Of a stretch of DNA of 64,000 nucleotides, positions 17,635 through 27,229 are shown piece by piece (the stretch's first letter is position 1; the number at the start of each line of letters is the position of its first letter). Both the position numbers and the translations under genes were made by a program. The DNA comes from Patescibacteria group bacterium. GTDB taxonomy: Bacteria > Patescibacteriota > Patescibacteriia > SG8-24. The stretch is from the NCBI GenBank assembly GCA_028714475.1, contig JAQTNC010000002.1, forward strand, positions 14,609 through 78,608, in the 5' to 3' direction. The notes below the pieces were generated by a model, which ran no database searches, was not told the DNA's origin, and worked only from the letters and a program-made list of their open reading frames with translations.

Positions 17635-18111
17635 ATGAAAAATGACCTCCCGAAACTGCTAATTGCCGTCGTGGTTTCCGAACTGGCCGGTGTTATTGGA
17701 GCGGTATTCACGACCCCGTCGATTCCCACCTGGTACGCGGGCCTCGTCAAGCCGGCCCTCAATCCACCCAATTGGGTTTTCGGGCCCGTTTGGACGACCT
17801 TGTTCCTGCTCATGGGCGTCGCGGCATTCTTGATTTGGCGGCAGGGCATGAAGCGCCAAGATGTCCGACATGCCTTGGAAATTTTTGGCATCCAGCTGTT
17901 GTTGAACACCTTATGGTCAATTATCTTTTTTGGGCTTCATGACCCCGGGGCGGCTCTCATCGATATTGCCGCCCTCTGGGTGGCCATCATGGGAACGATG
18001 GTGCTTTTCCATCGTGTATCCAAGCTGGCGGCTTGGCTGCTTTTGCCCTACATCCTCTGGGTCAGTTTCGCGGGTTATCTTAATTATTCGATTTGGACAC
18101 TAAACTTATGA
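17635..18111 (+). CDS. tspO: TspO/MBR family tryptophan-rich sensory protein
   Basis: 158 aa. 5 TM. Trp-rich. WYAGLVKPALNPPNWVFGPVWTTL signature. Confidence 0.8.
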   Translation: MKNDLPKLLIAVVVSELAGVIGAVFTTPSIPTWYAGLVKPALNPPNWVFGPVWTTLFLLMGVAAFLIWRQGMKRQDVRHALEIFGIQLLLNTLWSIIFFGLHDPGAALIDIAALWVAIMGTMVLFHRVSKLAAWLLLPYILWVSFAGYLNYSIWTLNL

Positions 18112-18662
18112 TGTACACGCGCGATGGCGACAAGGGAACAACCAGCACGTTTGGCTGTTGTCAGCGGGTGTCCAAGAGCTCGGTCGTAGCCGAGGCGCTT
18201 GGCGCTCTTGACGAGGCCAACTCATTCATCGGGCTTTGCCGGTCCAAGGCTGACGCCTCATCGTTGTTGATTGCCAGCCGGAATTTTTCTTCCGTGTTGC
18301 TTGACGCACAGGATTCGTTGTTCGTTGTCCAGGCCGAGGTCGCGGGAACGGAAGGCAAGACCGTGAAGGCGGAGGGCGTGAAAGCGCTTGAGGAAATCAC
18401 AGACGCCATCGAAAAGGAGTTGCCGCCCATCAGGAATTTCGTCGTGCCCGGAGCGACGGAATACGGCGCGCTCCTGGATGTTGCCCGCGCCGTCGCGCGG
18501 CGGGCGGAAAGACGCGTGGTGGCGATGGGCGACAGCGGCGACCGCCGGGTCAGCGAGCAAACGCTCGCATACCTGAACCGCCTGTCATCGCTCTTGTACG
18601 CGCTCGCCAGGCTCGCGAATCATCGCGCCGGCGTATCGGAACAGCCGCCGAGTTATAAATAA
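18108..18662 (+). CDS. ATP:cob(I)alamin adenosyltransferase, PduO type
   Basis: YTRDGDKGTTS N-terminal motif. ~184 aa. Confidence 0.75.
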   Translation: MMYTRDGDKGTTSTFGCCQRVSKSSVVAEALGALDEANSFIGLCRSKADASSLLIASRNFSSVLLDAQDSLFVVQAEVAGTEGKTVKAEGVKALEEITDAIEKELPPIRNFVVPGATEYGALLDVARAVARRAERRVVAMGDSGDRRVSEQTLAYLNRLSSLLYALARLANHRAGVSEQPPSYK

Positions 18663-18755
18663 GGCCGTGGTAACTTGAGTTTTCGGGAGGCATAGGCGAT
18701 AATGTCAGCTAGCCGCTCTCGCAGACTCGTGTTCCAAAAAACGGTTTTTCTTATG

Positions 18756-19226
18756 CCTTGTCGGCAACAGTCCGGTTTCAGCCTTATCGAGCTGCTCGTC
18801 ATTATCGCCATTGTCGCGGCGATAGCGGTTTTTTGCGTGGTTTCCGTGGACGACGCCCGTCGCCAGTCCCGAGACCTCAAGCGCGTCGCGGATGTCCGTC
18901 AGCTGCAGATGTCGCTCGAGCTGTTCAACGACGATCATAACGGTTATCCGACGGAGGTCAGTCCGGTGGTATTAGGGGACGGCAATTTCCGGGCGCTGTG
19001 CGCCGGAGGCTTCAAGGCCGCTTGCTCTCCAGGCGAACTTGTTGGTCAAGGCATCGTGCCGCGCGCGCCACAGCCCGTGGACGGCAACTGCACGCATGAG
19101 GCCAACGAGTATCTGTACCAGACGCCGGGCGGGAAGACGGAATTCAGGATTACCTTTTGTTTAGGCAAGCGTACGGGGGAGTTGGCCCCGGGTCTGCACA
19201 TCGCGACGCCGAGCGGCATTAAATGA
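18756..19226 (+). CDS. Prepilin-type N-terminal cleavage/methylation domain protein (GspG/ComGC-like pseudopilin)
   Basis: GFSLIELLVIIAIVAAIA class-III signal. DLKRVADVRQLQMSLELFNDDHNGYP resembles GspG. Confidence 0.6.
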   Translation, partial: PCRQQSGFSLIELLVIIAIVAAIAVFCVVSVDDARRQSRDLKRVADVRQLQMSLELFNDDHNGYPTEVSPVVLGDGNFRALCAGGFKAACSPGELVGQGIVPRAPQPVDGNCTHEANEYLYQTPGGKTEFRITFCLGKRTGELAPGLHIATPSGIK

Positions 19227-19414
19227 ACACGAAAGACGCCTCCGGCAACGAGTTCACCATGGTTTGTCCCGTCCTCCAAGCGTAGGACGGTTTTTTGGCT
19301 ACGCGCTCGGCGCGCTGGTCCGGTTATGTTTCGTGTTTACGGCAAAGGCTGTATGCTTTAGCTGTGTCATTTGGATCCTTTCAAACCCCACCTTGAGTGG
19401 AGAAAGAGGCTGTC

Positions 19415-20866
19415 ATGGCCAACCAATCAGCTCTCGATCGTCTTCCTCGCATCTGCGGCCGAGAGGCCGAAATCGCGGCTCATCGCGCCAGGACGGCGCA
19501 GAGCCGGTTCTATCCGAACGGTTTTCCCAGCGGCGTCAGGGCCGCTTGCGCGAACGCCTTGCACATGCAACAGCCAATCGTGTTCCCGGAAGGCAGCGAC
19601 TTTCGGCACGCTGACGCGATCAGCAACCTTCAGCTCATGCTGCGGAGCGGTCGGGACAACGTCAGGCACGACGCCGAGGTTTTCTGCAACTGCTACGCGC
19701 GCATGGCGCGGATTATCGCCGGACTCGTTAACGAGGGAGCGAACCCGCGCATCATGCTGGATTATTCCGGCGAGTTGCTCTACGGCTTCGAACTCATGAA
19801 TGCCCACGAGATTCTGGGCTCGCTCCGGACGATTGCGACGGACCCGCGGTATTTCGAGAACGTGGAATGGCTCGGCTGCACCTGGGGCCACGCGGTGGCG
19901 CCCTCGACGCCGGTCCAGGATTTCCGCCTGCATGTCACCGCCTGGCTTCATCACTTCGCCGAACTGTTCGGCATGGAAGCGGTCAGCCGGGTGCGCGGAT
20001 TTTCGCCGGCCGAGATGGCATTTCCCAACCATCCGGATGTCGCCTACGAGTTCGTGCGAACTCTGGTCGACAACGGGTATCGGTGGGTCATGCTTCAGGT
20101 CAACAGCGTGGAACTGCTGAATGGCGACGGGCTTCGTAAGCCGCACCTGCCCCATCGTCTTGTGTGCCAGAATTCTCGGGGCGAAACGGCGAGCATCACC
20201 GTGCTCGTGAAGACGCAGGGCAGCGACACCAAGCTGGTGGGGCAGATGCAGCCGTATTACGAGGCGCGCAACCTCAATCCGGCCGATTGGCAGCTCGCTG
20301 GTCGTCTGGTCCCGCCCTGCGTCTCGCAGATCGGAGACGGCGAAAACGGCGGCGTCATGATGAACGATTTCCCGCCCAAGTACGAAGGCGTCATGCGGGA
20401 AGCGTCGCGTTCGGCGGTGCGTCCCATGAACGGCACGGAGTACCTGGAGGCCTTGGCGGCCATGGGCATCACGGAAGGAGATTTCACCGTGATCCAGCCC
20501 ATGCATCAGGCCAAGCTTTGGAGTATGTTCCAACCAGGCGACGGACCGGAGCGTTTGGCCGCGGTCATCGACGAACTCAAGCGAACCGGCAGTTCTTTCG
20601 ACGGTGCCAGCTGGACCAACAACATTTCCTGGGTGCGGGGGTACGAAGGCGTCCTCGGCCCCATGGAGACGTTGAGCGCGGAGTTCGACCGCGTGATGCG
20701 CGAAAGCGGCGCTTCGACGGCAGAACCGCGTTTTCGCAACGCGCTTTTCCACCTGCTCGTGGCGGAGACCAGCTGTTTCCGTTATTGGGGAAAGGACAGC
20801 GTGTTCACCGCCTACGCGCGCGAGTTCGTGCGGCGCGGCCTGGCGATCCTTCAGTACGACTTCTGA
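19415..20866 (+). CDS. Hypothetical protein, ~483 aa, weak GH57-like motifs (HMQQP, GDGENGG). Unassigned.
   Basis: Long ORF with RBS-less ATG choices. Antisense ORF 19427-20893 rejected as a shadow. Confidence 0.5.
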   Translation: MANQSALDRLPRICGREAEIAAHRARTAQSRFYPNGFPSGVRAACANALHMQQPIVFPEGSDFRHADAISNLQLMLRSGRDNVRHDAEVFCNCYARMARIIAGLVNEGANPRIMLDYSGELLYGFELMNAHEILGSLRTIATDPRYFENVEWLGCTWGHAVAPSTPVQDFRLHVTAWLHHFAELFGMEAVSRVRGFSPAEMAFPNHPDVAYEFVRTLVDNGYRWVMLQVNSVELLNGDGLRKPHLPHRLVCQNSRGETASITVLVKTQGSDTKLVGQMQPYYEARNLNPADWQLAGRLVPPCVSQIGDGENGGVMMNDFPPKYEGVMREASRSAVRPMNGTEYLEALAAMGITEGDFTVIQPMHQAKLWSMFQPGDGPERLAAVIDELKRTGSSFDGASWTNNISWVRGYEGVLGPMETLSAEFDRVMRESGASTAEPRFRNALFHLLVAETSCFRYWGKDSVFTAYAREFVRRGLAILQYDF

Positions 20867-20897
20867 GCCCGGCGTTTGCCGACGTCGGGCCAACCAA

Positions 20898-20922
20898 GCC
20901 CCGGTTTCTCACCGGGGTTTTG
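20898..20922 (+). terminator. Rho-independent terminator (gccccgg-tttctca-ccgggg plus TTTT)
   Basis: Direct read. Confidence 0.6.
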
Positions 20923-21127
20923 TAGTTCACCTCCGCCGAATGCCCCGGGCGCGGTGCCCCACGAAGCATTGCGTAGTGGGGTCAGCCCGGGTTCCTGACG
21001 CGTGAATCCCCCGAAGCCCGGAGGGCGTAGGGGGCAGCGGGCTACGGTGAATGAAACAGGATGGGGCGTTAGATACCCCGGGCGTGAGCCCGTGGAGTCT
21101 TCATTGAAAAAATTTGCGAATACACAA

Positions 21128-21157
21128 GAGCGGCTGGCAGGTGCCAAGCCGCTCGTG
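21128..21157. terminator. Hairpin gagcggct-N11-agccgctc with T-run on the minus strand. Terminator for the minus-strand membrane protein gene.
   Basis: Direct read. Confidence 0.55.
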
Positions 21158-21204
21158 AGGAGACTGGTGTTATTTTTCATCCGTGAGACGGCCTGGCTGT
21201 CGAA

Positions 21205-21600
21205 TTAGCCGCGTCTTCGCGACACTCTGTCGGGCCACCGCCTTCTCCTTCTGGGGTTTCGTTTGGCGATGACTCGGTAGGCGAAGGTCGTGAAGGAGAC
21301 GACGGCGACCGTTGCCGTGCCGAACACCAACCAAGGGTGTCCGACAATCAGCGTTGCGATCGGCGCACTGACAAGCGCGATGCTGTAGATGGCCATGCCT
21401 ATCAGTGAGAGCTTCGGCTTGGATTTGTTGTCGCGGGATGTGTCGTAGAAACAAGCGTACACGACCCAAAAACCAAGACAGACCACATCGAGACCGAGCG
21501 TCCCCAGGAAGACCCTGGCGGGCGCGGCTAGTGGACCGTAAATGGACAGGACGACAGCGGCGAGCACGACGGACCAGAATGCGGAAAAGGCGATTTTCAT
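21205..21600 (-). CDS. Small membrane protein, unknown function
   Basis: 131 aa from MKIAFSAF. 4 TM. Confidence 0.5.
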   Translation of the reverse strand: MKIAFSAFWSVVLAAVVLSIYGPLAAPARVFLGTLGLDVVCLGFWVVYACFYDTSRDNKSKPKLSLIGMAIYSIALVSAPIATLIVGHPWLVFGTATVAVVSFTTFAYRVIAKRNPRRRRRWPDRVSRRRG

Positions 21601-21682
21601 CGAAAAACCTCCAAAAAGCTTGGGTACATTAAACCACCTTGACTCGGTTTTGTCAAGGCGGCTTGGGTACTGGTGTATCACT

Positions 21683-22813
21683 TCATTTCACTTCGCCTTC
21701 CTTGGCGATGCCGGCCTTCTTCTCCTTGATGCCCTCCTTGAGCGCGTTGTACTTGTCCCAGGTGAGCAGCCAGATGAGCGCGATGGCATCGATGGCGTTT
21801 GCGATGAGGTACGGGCTGATCTCGTCGAGGCGCTTTTTGTAATTGGCATCCTTGACGATTTTGAGCTTCTTGTACTCGCTCTCCGTAACCGAATAGGGAA
21901 TGAAGTCCGTGGAGATGAGGTATGACGAGAAGCAGACGGCCTTGATGAGATCGTAGATTTTCTTGTTGCCTTGGCCGATGATGGCCTCGGTGAAGCCACC
22001 GCTTTTGGTGTTCTTGAGCGGCCATTTGCGCTGGTTGACGATTTGGAGCGCCTTGTACAGCACCGAACCCTTGAAAGCCTCGCGCTTGGCCGGATCGTCG
22101 AACAGTTCCGGCGCGCCGTCGATGTCGTAGTCGAACACGCCGCGCGGCTTGTCGAATTCGAAGTACTTGATGACCTCGTCGTCCCAGTAACCCTCCATAT
22201 CCGGATGGATGGTCGAGGGGCCGTAGAAATCGCGGTCATCGCAATGCGGCGGCACGTGGGCGTCGGCGACGTAATGGCTCAACATCAGGAAGTACAGCGT
22301 GAGCTGGTCGTCATTGAACATGATGTCCGAGCCCTTCGGCTGATCCATCTGGATGAGCACCATGTCGCGCAGGGTGTGGGTGAGCGCTTCGCAACGGTCG
22401 GGGAGGGTGTAGTCCTCCAGGCGATAGACCTTCTCGTCCAAGCGCGCCTCCTTGATGCCCATGTCCATGACCGGGCTCATAAATTTCGGCAAACGGTTCG
22501 CGAACCCGACCGCTTGCTTCGTTTCCGTGTCGGTCTCCGGCTTTTTCAGCTTGAAAGTGTGGCCGCCGACCAGGTTATCGGCGATGACGGAGTCGGGAAA
22601 CCACGCCCCTTTGAGGAACGAGTCCTTATGCTTGTCGAAAAGCGTGACGAAGCGGTCGGCCTGCGCTTGGTAGTAATCATCGAAAGTGTCGCCGAGATAA
22701 AGTCCCGGCAGGTTCGCGGTCATGAAGCCGGTCTTGCGCGAGCCGGCTTTCGGCAGGCGCTTCAGGCGCTCGAGGGCCATGAGGGCCACCCAAGCATGAG
22801 CGATGGATTTCAT
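21683..22813 (-). CDS. S1/P1 nuclease / zinc-dependent phospholipase C superfamily protein
   Basis: 376 aa. HYVADAHVPPHCDD matches the Zn-binding H-x3-D-x-H-x-P-x-H block of P1 nuclease. N-terminal HAW. Confidence 0.55.
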   Translation of the reverse strand: MKSIAHAWVALMALERLKRLPKAGSRKTGFMTANLPGLYLGDTFDDYYQAQADRFVTLFDKHKDSFLKGAWFPDSVIADNLVGGHTFKLKKPETDTETKQAVGFANRLPKFMSPVMDMGIKEARLDEKVYRLEDYTLPDRCEALTHTLRDMVLIQMDQPKGSDIMFNDDQLTLYFLMLSHYVADAHVPPHCDDRDFYGPSTIHPDMEGYWDDEVIKYFEFDKPRGVFDYDIDGAPELFDDPAKREAFKGSVLYKALQIVNQRKWPLKNTKSGGFTEAIIGQGNKKIYDLIKAVCFSSYLISTDFIPYSVTESEYKKLKIVKDANYKKRLDEISPYLIANAIDAIALIWLLTWDKYNALKEGIKEKKAGIAKEGEVK

Positions 22814-22972
22814 ATGAACAATCGCGTTAGCGAATTAAATAGCGCGGTTACGGCTGAAGAAATACGATTAGTCGGACGAAAGCACGTGACGGCATAAGCT
22901 GAACAGCCTGAATACATTATACCATCGGTTGTTCCGGCCTGAAAAACGTTGGTTTCGACTTGCGTCCAACCC

Positions 22973-23001
22973 TTGACAAGTTCGAGAAATTGTGCTATGC
23001 T
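22973..23001 (+). promoter_or_regulatory. Sigma70-like promoter: TTGACA, 17-bp spacer, extended -10 TGcTATGCT
   Basis: ttgacaagttcgagaaattgtgctatgct. Divergent from the nuclease gene. No ORF follows for ~650 nt. Confidence 0.6.
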
Positions 23002-23007
23002 GTTGTC

Positions 23008-23534
23008 AGTCTGAATAAATATCAAGAACAGCCGTCGCCCATCGTCCCCCGCGCCGAGATTTGGCGTGAACCGGGCATCGGGAGCGGCTCAACCAGAAAA
23101 AGAGAGGAGTCAGGGTGTTCACCTCGGGCTTTGTGTAGTGGGCCGGGCTTTGCCGGTTCGCACAACAAGTTTCGAAGTTCGGTACCTGTGGCCGGGCGCG
23201 TAGCCTGACCGCAGAGGGTATCACAACTTGAGCCCCACGGAGTGGGGAAGCGAACCAGGCGGGGTGTGTCAAGGCATACTTCGCTTGGCGAAAGGACCGG
23301 GTAGGTCCAACACGACTGCGAAACAGCATGATTGCTTGAGGTAATCCGGATTTTTCGAACCACCACCGGCGCGCGCATCACGGGTCTTCAGCCTGTGAGT
23401 GTTGCTCCGGGAGGGCGCTAAGTCAGCCGGAACCCTACGTCGCTATGGCAACTTGAGAGAGGGCATCCACGCTTGTGGCTCTGCCCTCTTCACCCTATCT
23501 GGACGATTTTTGCCCGCCGAAAGGCGGTTTTTTT
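23008..23534 (+). ncRNA. Candidate structured non-coding RNA (~520 nt), identity undetermined
   Basis: Bounded by the promoter above and a strong intrinsic terminator (ccgcc-gaaa-ggcgg plus TTTTTTT at 23512-23534). Several local hairpins, for example aagcgaa/ttcgctt and agagggca/tgccctct. No credible ORF on this strand. Confidence 0.4.
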
Positions 23535-23666
23535 ATCGGCTTGCGCTAGCAGCCGGCTTCTGGTAAACATGGGCGGCCAGCCGAACAAGGCCAGAAACCT
23601 TTGATACTTGTTTGGGGCTGTTTCTGCTATACTCAAGCCAGCCGAAAAGCTAGCCAACCATTTCGT

Positions 23667-24431
23667 ATGGAACCGTTCGTCAACGTTCACGTACCTTACT
23701 ATCAGTACCGTCCGCGCGAGCTCGTGCTCGATGACGTCGGACGCGAGTATTCCTCTATATTGAAGATTCACGACCTGCCGCCGGAGGAGAAGCCGCGCGA
23801 GAAGCTCGTGAAACACGGCCCGTCCGTTTTGTCGGTCGGGGAGTTGCTGGCCGTCGTTCTCGGCGTCGGTTCCCGCAAGGAGGGCGTGCTGGCCATGTCG
23901 CACCGTCTGCTCAAGGACTACGGCGAGAAGGCCATCATGCACGAGAAGGATCCCAAGAAGATCGCCGAGGCGCTGGACATCCCGCTCATCAAGGCCTGCC
24001 AGATCGTCGCCTGTCTTGAGCTCGGCCGACGTTTTTTCCGGAGCACGGCCATCGGTCGTCCGGAGTCGTTGCGCACGGCGCGCCAGGTCTATGAGTATTT
24101 GCGAGACATGCAGAGCTTGCCCAAGGAGCATTTGCGAGGGCTTTATCTCGACAGCCATTTCCGCCTGATTCACGACGAGGTCATCTCCATCGGCAGCGTG
24201 AGCGGCAACCTGGTGCACCCGCGCGAGGTTTTCCGGCCCGCCTTGGCCGTCTCCGCGGTCGCCGTCATTCTCGCGCACAATCATCCGTCCGGCGTGGCCA
24301 AGGCCAGTGCCGCTGACATTGACGTCACCAAGCAGCTGATTGAGGCGGGTCGCGTGCTCGGCATCACCGTCCTTGATCATGTCATCGTCACGCGCCGCGG
24401 CTTCGCTTGCGTGCCGGCGGATTATTCCTGA
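23667..24431 (+). CDS. radC: RadC-family JAB/MPN domain protein (UPF0758)
   Basis: HNHPSG JAMM motif. N-terminal helix-hairpin-helix-like region GELLAVVLGVG. Antisense ORF 23490-24767 rejected. Confidence 0.8.
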   Translation: MEPFVNVHVPYYQYRPRELVLDDVGREYSSILKIHDLPPEEKPREKLVKHGPSVLSVGELLAVVLGVGSRKEGVLAMSHRLLKDYGEKAIMHEKDPKKIAEALDIPLIKACQIVACLELGRRFFRSTAIGRPESLRTARQVYEYLRDMQSLPKEHLRGLYLDSHFRLIHDEVISIGSVSGNLVHPREVFRPALAVSAVAVILAHNHPSGVAKASAADIDVTKQLIEAGRVLGITVLDHVIVTRRGFACVPADYS

Positions 24432-24437
24432 CGTGAT

Positions 24438-24677
24438 ATGGACAAACCTTACGTTTTGGCCGCCAAGGACGGCCTCATGATTGACGGTCAGGTGGGCGGC
24501 GTGCTGCTGCGTGACGAGCCGACGACGCTGGCGCGGTACTTGAGGGAAAGCCGTCAGCTTTTTCACGAACGCCTGGACGAGCTCATGACCATGAACAGGA
24601 AAATGTCCGGTGAGGAGGAGCAGGAACTGCGCTCCATGCTGGACATCATGATTGAGGTCAGGCGGCACGTGGATTAG
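24438..24677 (+). CDS. Small hypothetical protein (79 aa)
   Basis: ORF 6 nt after radC. Charged, helical. Confidence 0.35.
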   Translation: MDKPYVLAAKDGLMIDGQVGGVLLRDEPTTLARYLRESRQLFHERLDELMTMNRKMSGEEEQELRSMLDIMIEVRRHVD

Positions 24678-24754
24678 AAGACCCCGTGCTTGCATTGACG
24701 CCGACGGTCGGGCGCGTTGCGCAAGACGGTTTTTTTTGGCAAAATAAAAAACAT

Positions 24755-25840
24755 ATGGACAGGACACTTCTGGTCATCTCCGTCATCCTTTCGGCCCTGC
24801 TTTTTGGCTACCCAATCATACTTTTTTTCCGGATTAACCGGTTGGCGCGCGAACAGAGCAGGGGCACCCGCATGATCTGGGTGGCCTTGTTCATAATCTC
24901 GATACTGTTCTATCTCGGTTACGTGGCTGTGGCGGTCCAATTGCTGAAGGCGGCCGGCACCGTCAGCGTGAGCGAACTAATCAACGGATCGATTCTGGCT
25001 GCCGGATCCATTTTTGTCGCGATGGTCGGCCAAGTCTGTTACCAATCGGTGGTCGATTTGGAGCGTCTGGTTCGGGAACGCACCGCCCAGCTTGAGCGGA
25101 CTTACGAAGACGCCCTGAAAAAGGAAAAGGAGATTCAGAAGCTGAAGGACCAGTTCCTTTTCGTGGCGGCGCACGAGTTGCGAGCGCCCGTGACGGCCAT
25201 GCGGTGGATCGTCGACATCATCCGCGACTCGGGGTGTGAACGGTTGCTGAAACCGGCGCAGTCCGGCGTCATCAGGACGCTGGACGCCGCAGTGGTTCGT
25301 CTGTTGCAGCTGGTGAACGACCTTCTGGACACGTCCCGGCTGGAATTCGGAACCTTCAGGCTGAAGGAGGAAACCTCCGTTCCCAAGGACTCAATCGAGG
25401 AGACGATAGGCGTGCTGTCGGCCCATGCGGAAAAGAAAGGCATCGTGCTTGAATACCTGAATTCCACCGCCGGCAGCGAGCCGTGCCTCATGGATTCCTG
25501 CCGCTTCCAGGAGGTTATGATGAATCTGCTTTCCAACGCCATCAAATACAACATTCACGGCGGCAAAGTGGTGGTCTCAACCGTGCGAGACGGCGACCAA
25601 CTTTTGGTGAGCGTCGCCGACACCGGGGCCGGACTTTCGCCTGAAGACATCACGAAACTGTTCCAGAAATTTGGCCGCCTTGACAATCATCCGGCTCCGG
25701 AAGAACAGAGCACCGGATTGGGGCTGTTCATCGCCAAGAGCATCGTGGAAAAATGGGGCGGAAAAATATGGGCCGAAAGCCCCGGGCGCGCCAAAGGTTC
25801 GACCTTCCGCTTTACGCTGCCAATCAGGAAACAGGTTTGA
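24755..25840 (+). CDS. Sensor histidine kinase (2 TM)
   Basis: H-box AAHELRAPVTAM. HATPase_c motif GTGLGLFIAKSIVEKWGG...GSTFRFTLP. Confidence 0.8.
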   Translation: MDRTLLVISVILSALLFGYPIILFFRINRLAREQSRGTRMIWVALFIISILFYLGYVAVAVQLLKAAGTVSVSELINGSILAAGSIFVAMVGQVCYQSVVDLERLVRERTAQLERTYEDALKKEKEIQKLKDQFLFVAAHELRAPVTAMRWIVDIIRDSGCERLLKPAQSGVIRTLDAAVVRLLQLVNDLLDTSRLEFGTFRLKEETSVPKDSIEETIGVLSAHAEKKGIVLEYLNSTAGSEPCLMDSCRFQEVMMNLLSNAIKYNIHGGKVVVSTVRDGDQLLVSVADTGAGLSPEDITKLFQKFGRLDNHPAPEEQSTGLGLFIAKSIVEKWGGKIWAESPGRAKGSTFRFTLPIRKQV

Positions 25841-25954
25841 AGTCGTCTCGCGACGCGAGGAACACGCGGACGGATCGTCAAAAAACCGCGGGCAACAAAG
25901 CCCGCGGTTCTAACATTGCGCAAATATTTCCGGCCAGCTTTGGTTTCCGGCGTT

Positions 25955-26578
25955 CTACAAATCGTGGCTCATTTTTTGTTTCTTCGTCCGTAAATAGTCG
26001 CGGTTGTGTCGCGTTGGCTTGGTGCGTAACGGCCGCAAGCCGGAAACGAGAATGCAGGCCGCTTCTAGCGCCCGTCTTTTTTCCGGGTTGTTGGTCAGAA
26101 GGACGATGGACTTGACGCGAAAACGCTTCAGGAACGCCGCCGCCAGGCGGTAGTCCCGTGAGTCGTCTGGCAGGCCGAGTTGCCGGTTGGCTTCCACCGT
26201 GTCGAGACCGCAATCCTGCAGGTGATAGGCGCGGATCTTGTTGAAGATGCCGATGCCCCGGCCCTCCTGCCGCAGATAGAGCACGAGACCGCGACCGAGC
26301 CGTCGGATGCGGCTCATGGCCAACTTCAGCTGGCCGTCGCAATCGCATTTCAGCGAACCAAAGACCTCGCTCGTCAGGCATTCGGAATGAACTCGCACCG
26401 GAAGGTTTACGGCAGCGTTGATGTCGCCCCAGATCAGCGCCAGGTTTGCGGCGCCGCTCTCACGGTTGGCGTTGTCATGAAAAGCGATGATGCGCCAGGT
26501 TCCGAGTTTGGTCGGCAAGCAGGCCGCCTCGGAACAGATGAGGCGGGACCGTTGTTGCTTTTTTATGCAAAGTTTCAT
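25955..26578 (-). CDS. ribA: GTP cyclohydrolase II
   Basis: VRVHSECLTSEVFGSLKCDCDGQL and RGIGIFNKIRAYHLQD blocks. Confidence 0.85.
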   Translation of the reverse strand: MKLCIKKQQRSRLICSEAACLPTKLGTWRIIAFHDNANRESGAANLALIWGDINAAVNLPVRVHSECLTSEVFGSLKCDCDGQLKLAMSRIRRLGRGLVLYLRQEGRGIGIFNKIRAYHLQDCGLDTVEANRQLGLPDDSRDYRLAAAFLKRFRVKSIVLLTNNPEKRRALEAACILVSGLRPLRTKPTRHNRDYLRTKKQKMSHDL

Positions 26579-27087
26579 TTCAGTTCCCGAATCAAATAGG
26601 TCATCGTTTGGTCGGCCGCGTTTTTCAACGTGACAGATTCGCCAACCCGTCGGCCAATCAAAATCGAGCCGAGAGGGGAGAGGTGCGAAATTCGCCCTGC
26701 GCCCGGATCGGTTTCCTGCGTACCGGTGATGAGATAGGAGCGGCGACGGCCATTGATCTCCAGGATGACGGTCGTCCCGATTCGAATTCGCCCGTCTGCC
26801 GTTGCGCCGGGCCTGATGATGACGGCGTGACGGAGCCTTTCGCGGAGCTCATTAACCCTTGCGTCCAGGCCCAGCACCCGGCGCTTGGCGTCCGAGTAAG
26901 CGGCGTTTTCCGACAGGTCGCCCATTTCGCGGGCGCGCGTCAAATCCTCCAGCAAGCGCGGGCGGACGTTATGAACCAGCCGCTCGATCTCCTTCCGCAT
27001 CTCGTCGGCTTTCTCGGCCGTCAGGTGGCGATCATCCGGAAGGCTCGCCTGACGCCGGACTTCAGATTGTCTTTTGGGCAGTTGCAT
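26575..27087 (-). CDS. greA: Transcription elongation factor GreA
   Basis: GDLSENAAYSDAK ... C-terminal FKBP-like domain. 170 aa. Confidence 0.85.
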   Translation of the reverse strand: MQLPKRQSEVRRQASLPDDRHLTAEKADEMRKEIERLVHNVRPRLLEDLTRAREMGDLSENAAYSDAKRRVLGLDARVNELRERLRHAVIIRPGATADGRIRIGTTVILEINGRRRSYLITGTQETDPGAGRISHLSPLGSILIGRRVGESVTLKNAADQTMTYLIRELK

Positions 27088-27229
27088 GTTCGTGTGCGAT
27101 ATTGCTTACAGACTAGACGGCTTGGTTGCCGGTGTCAAAAACGGCGAGCAGTCTTGGTGTTGTGGGCGAAACGGGGCTGAAATCGCGCCTGGCAGATTAT
27201 CGAAAAATAAGGTAAAATAAACACAAGTT

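Noticed and set aside
23008-23534. Assigning the ncRNA as RNase P RNA, tmRNA or 6S RNA
   Set aside because: Could not find the P4 strands or the GGUAAGAGCGCACC block of RNase P. There is no tRNA-like acceptor/T-arm or CCA end for tmRNA. It is far longer than 6S. The tag-like frame (...PEPYVAMAT*) does not end in the usual AA. Left as unclassified.
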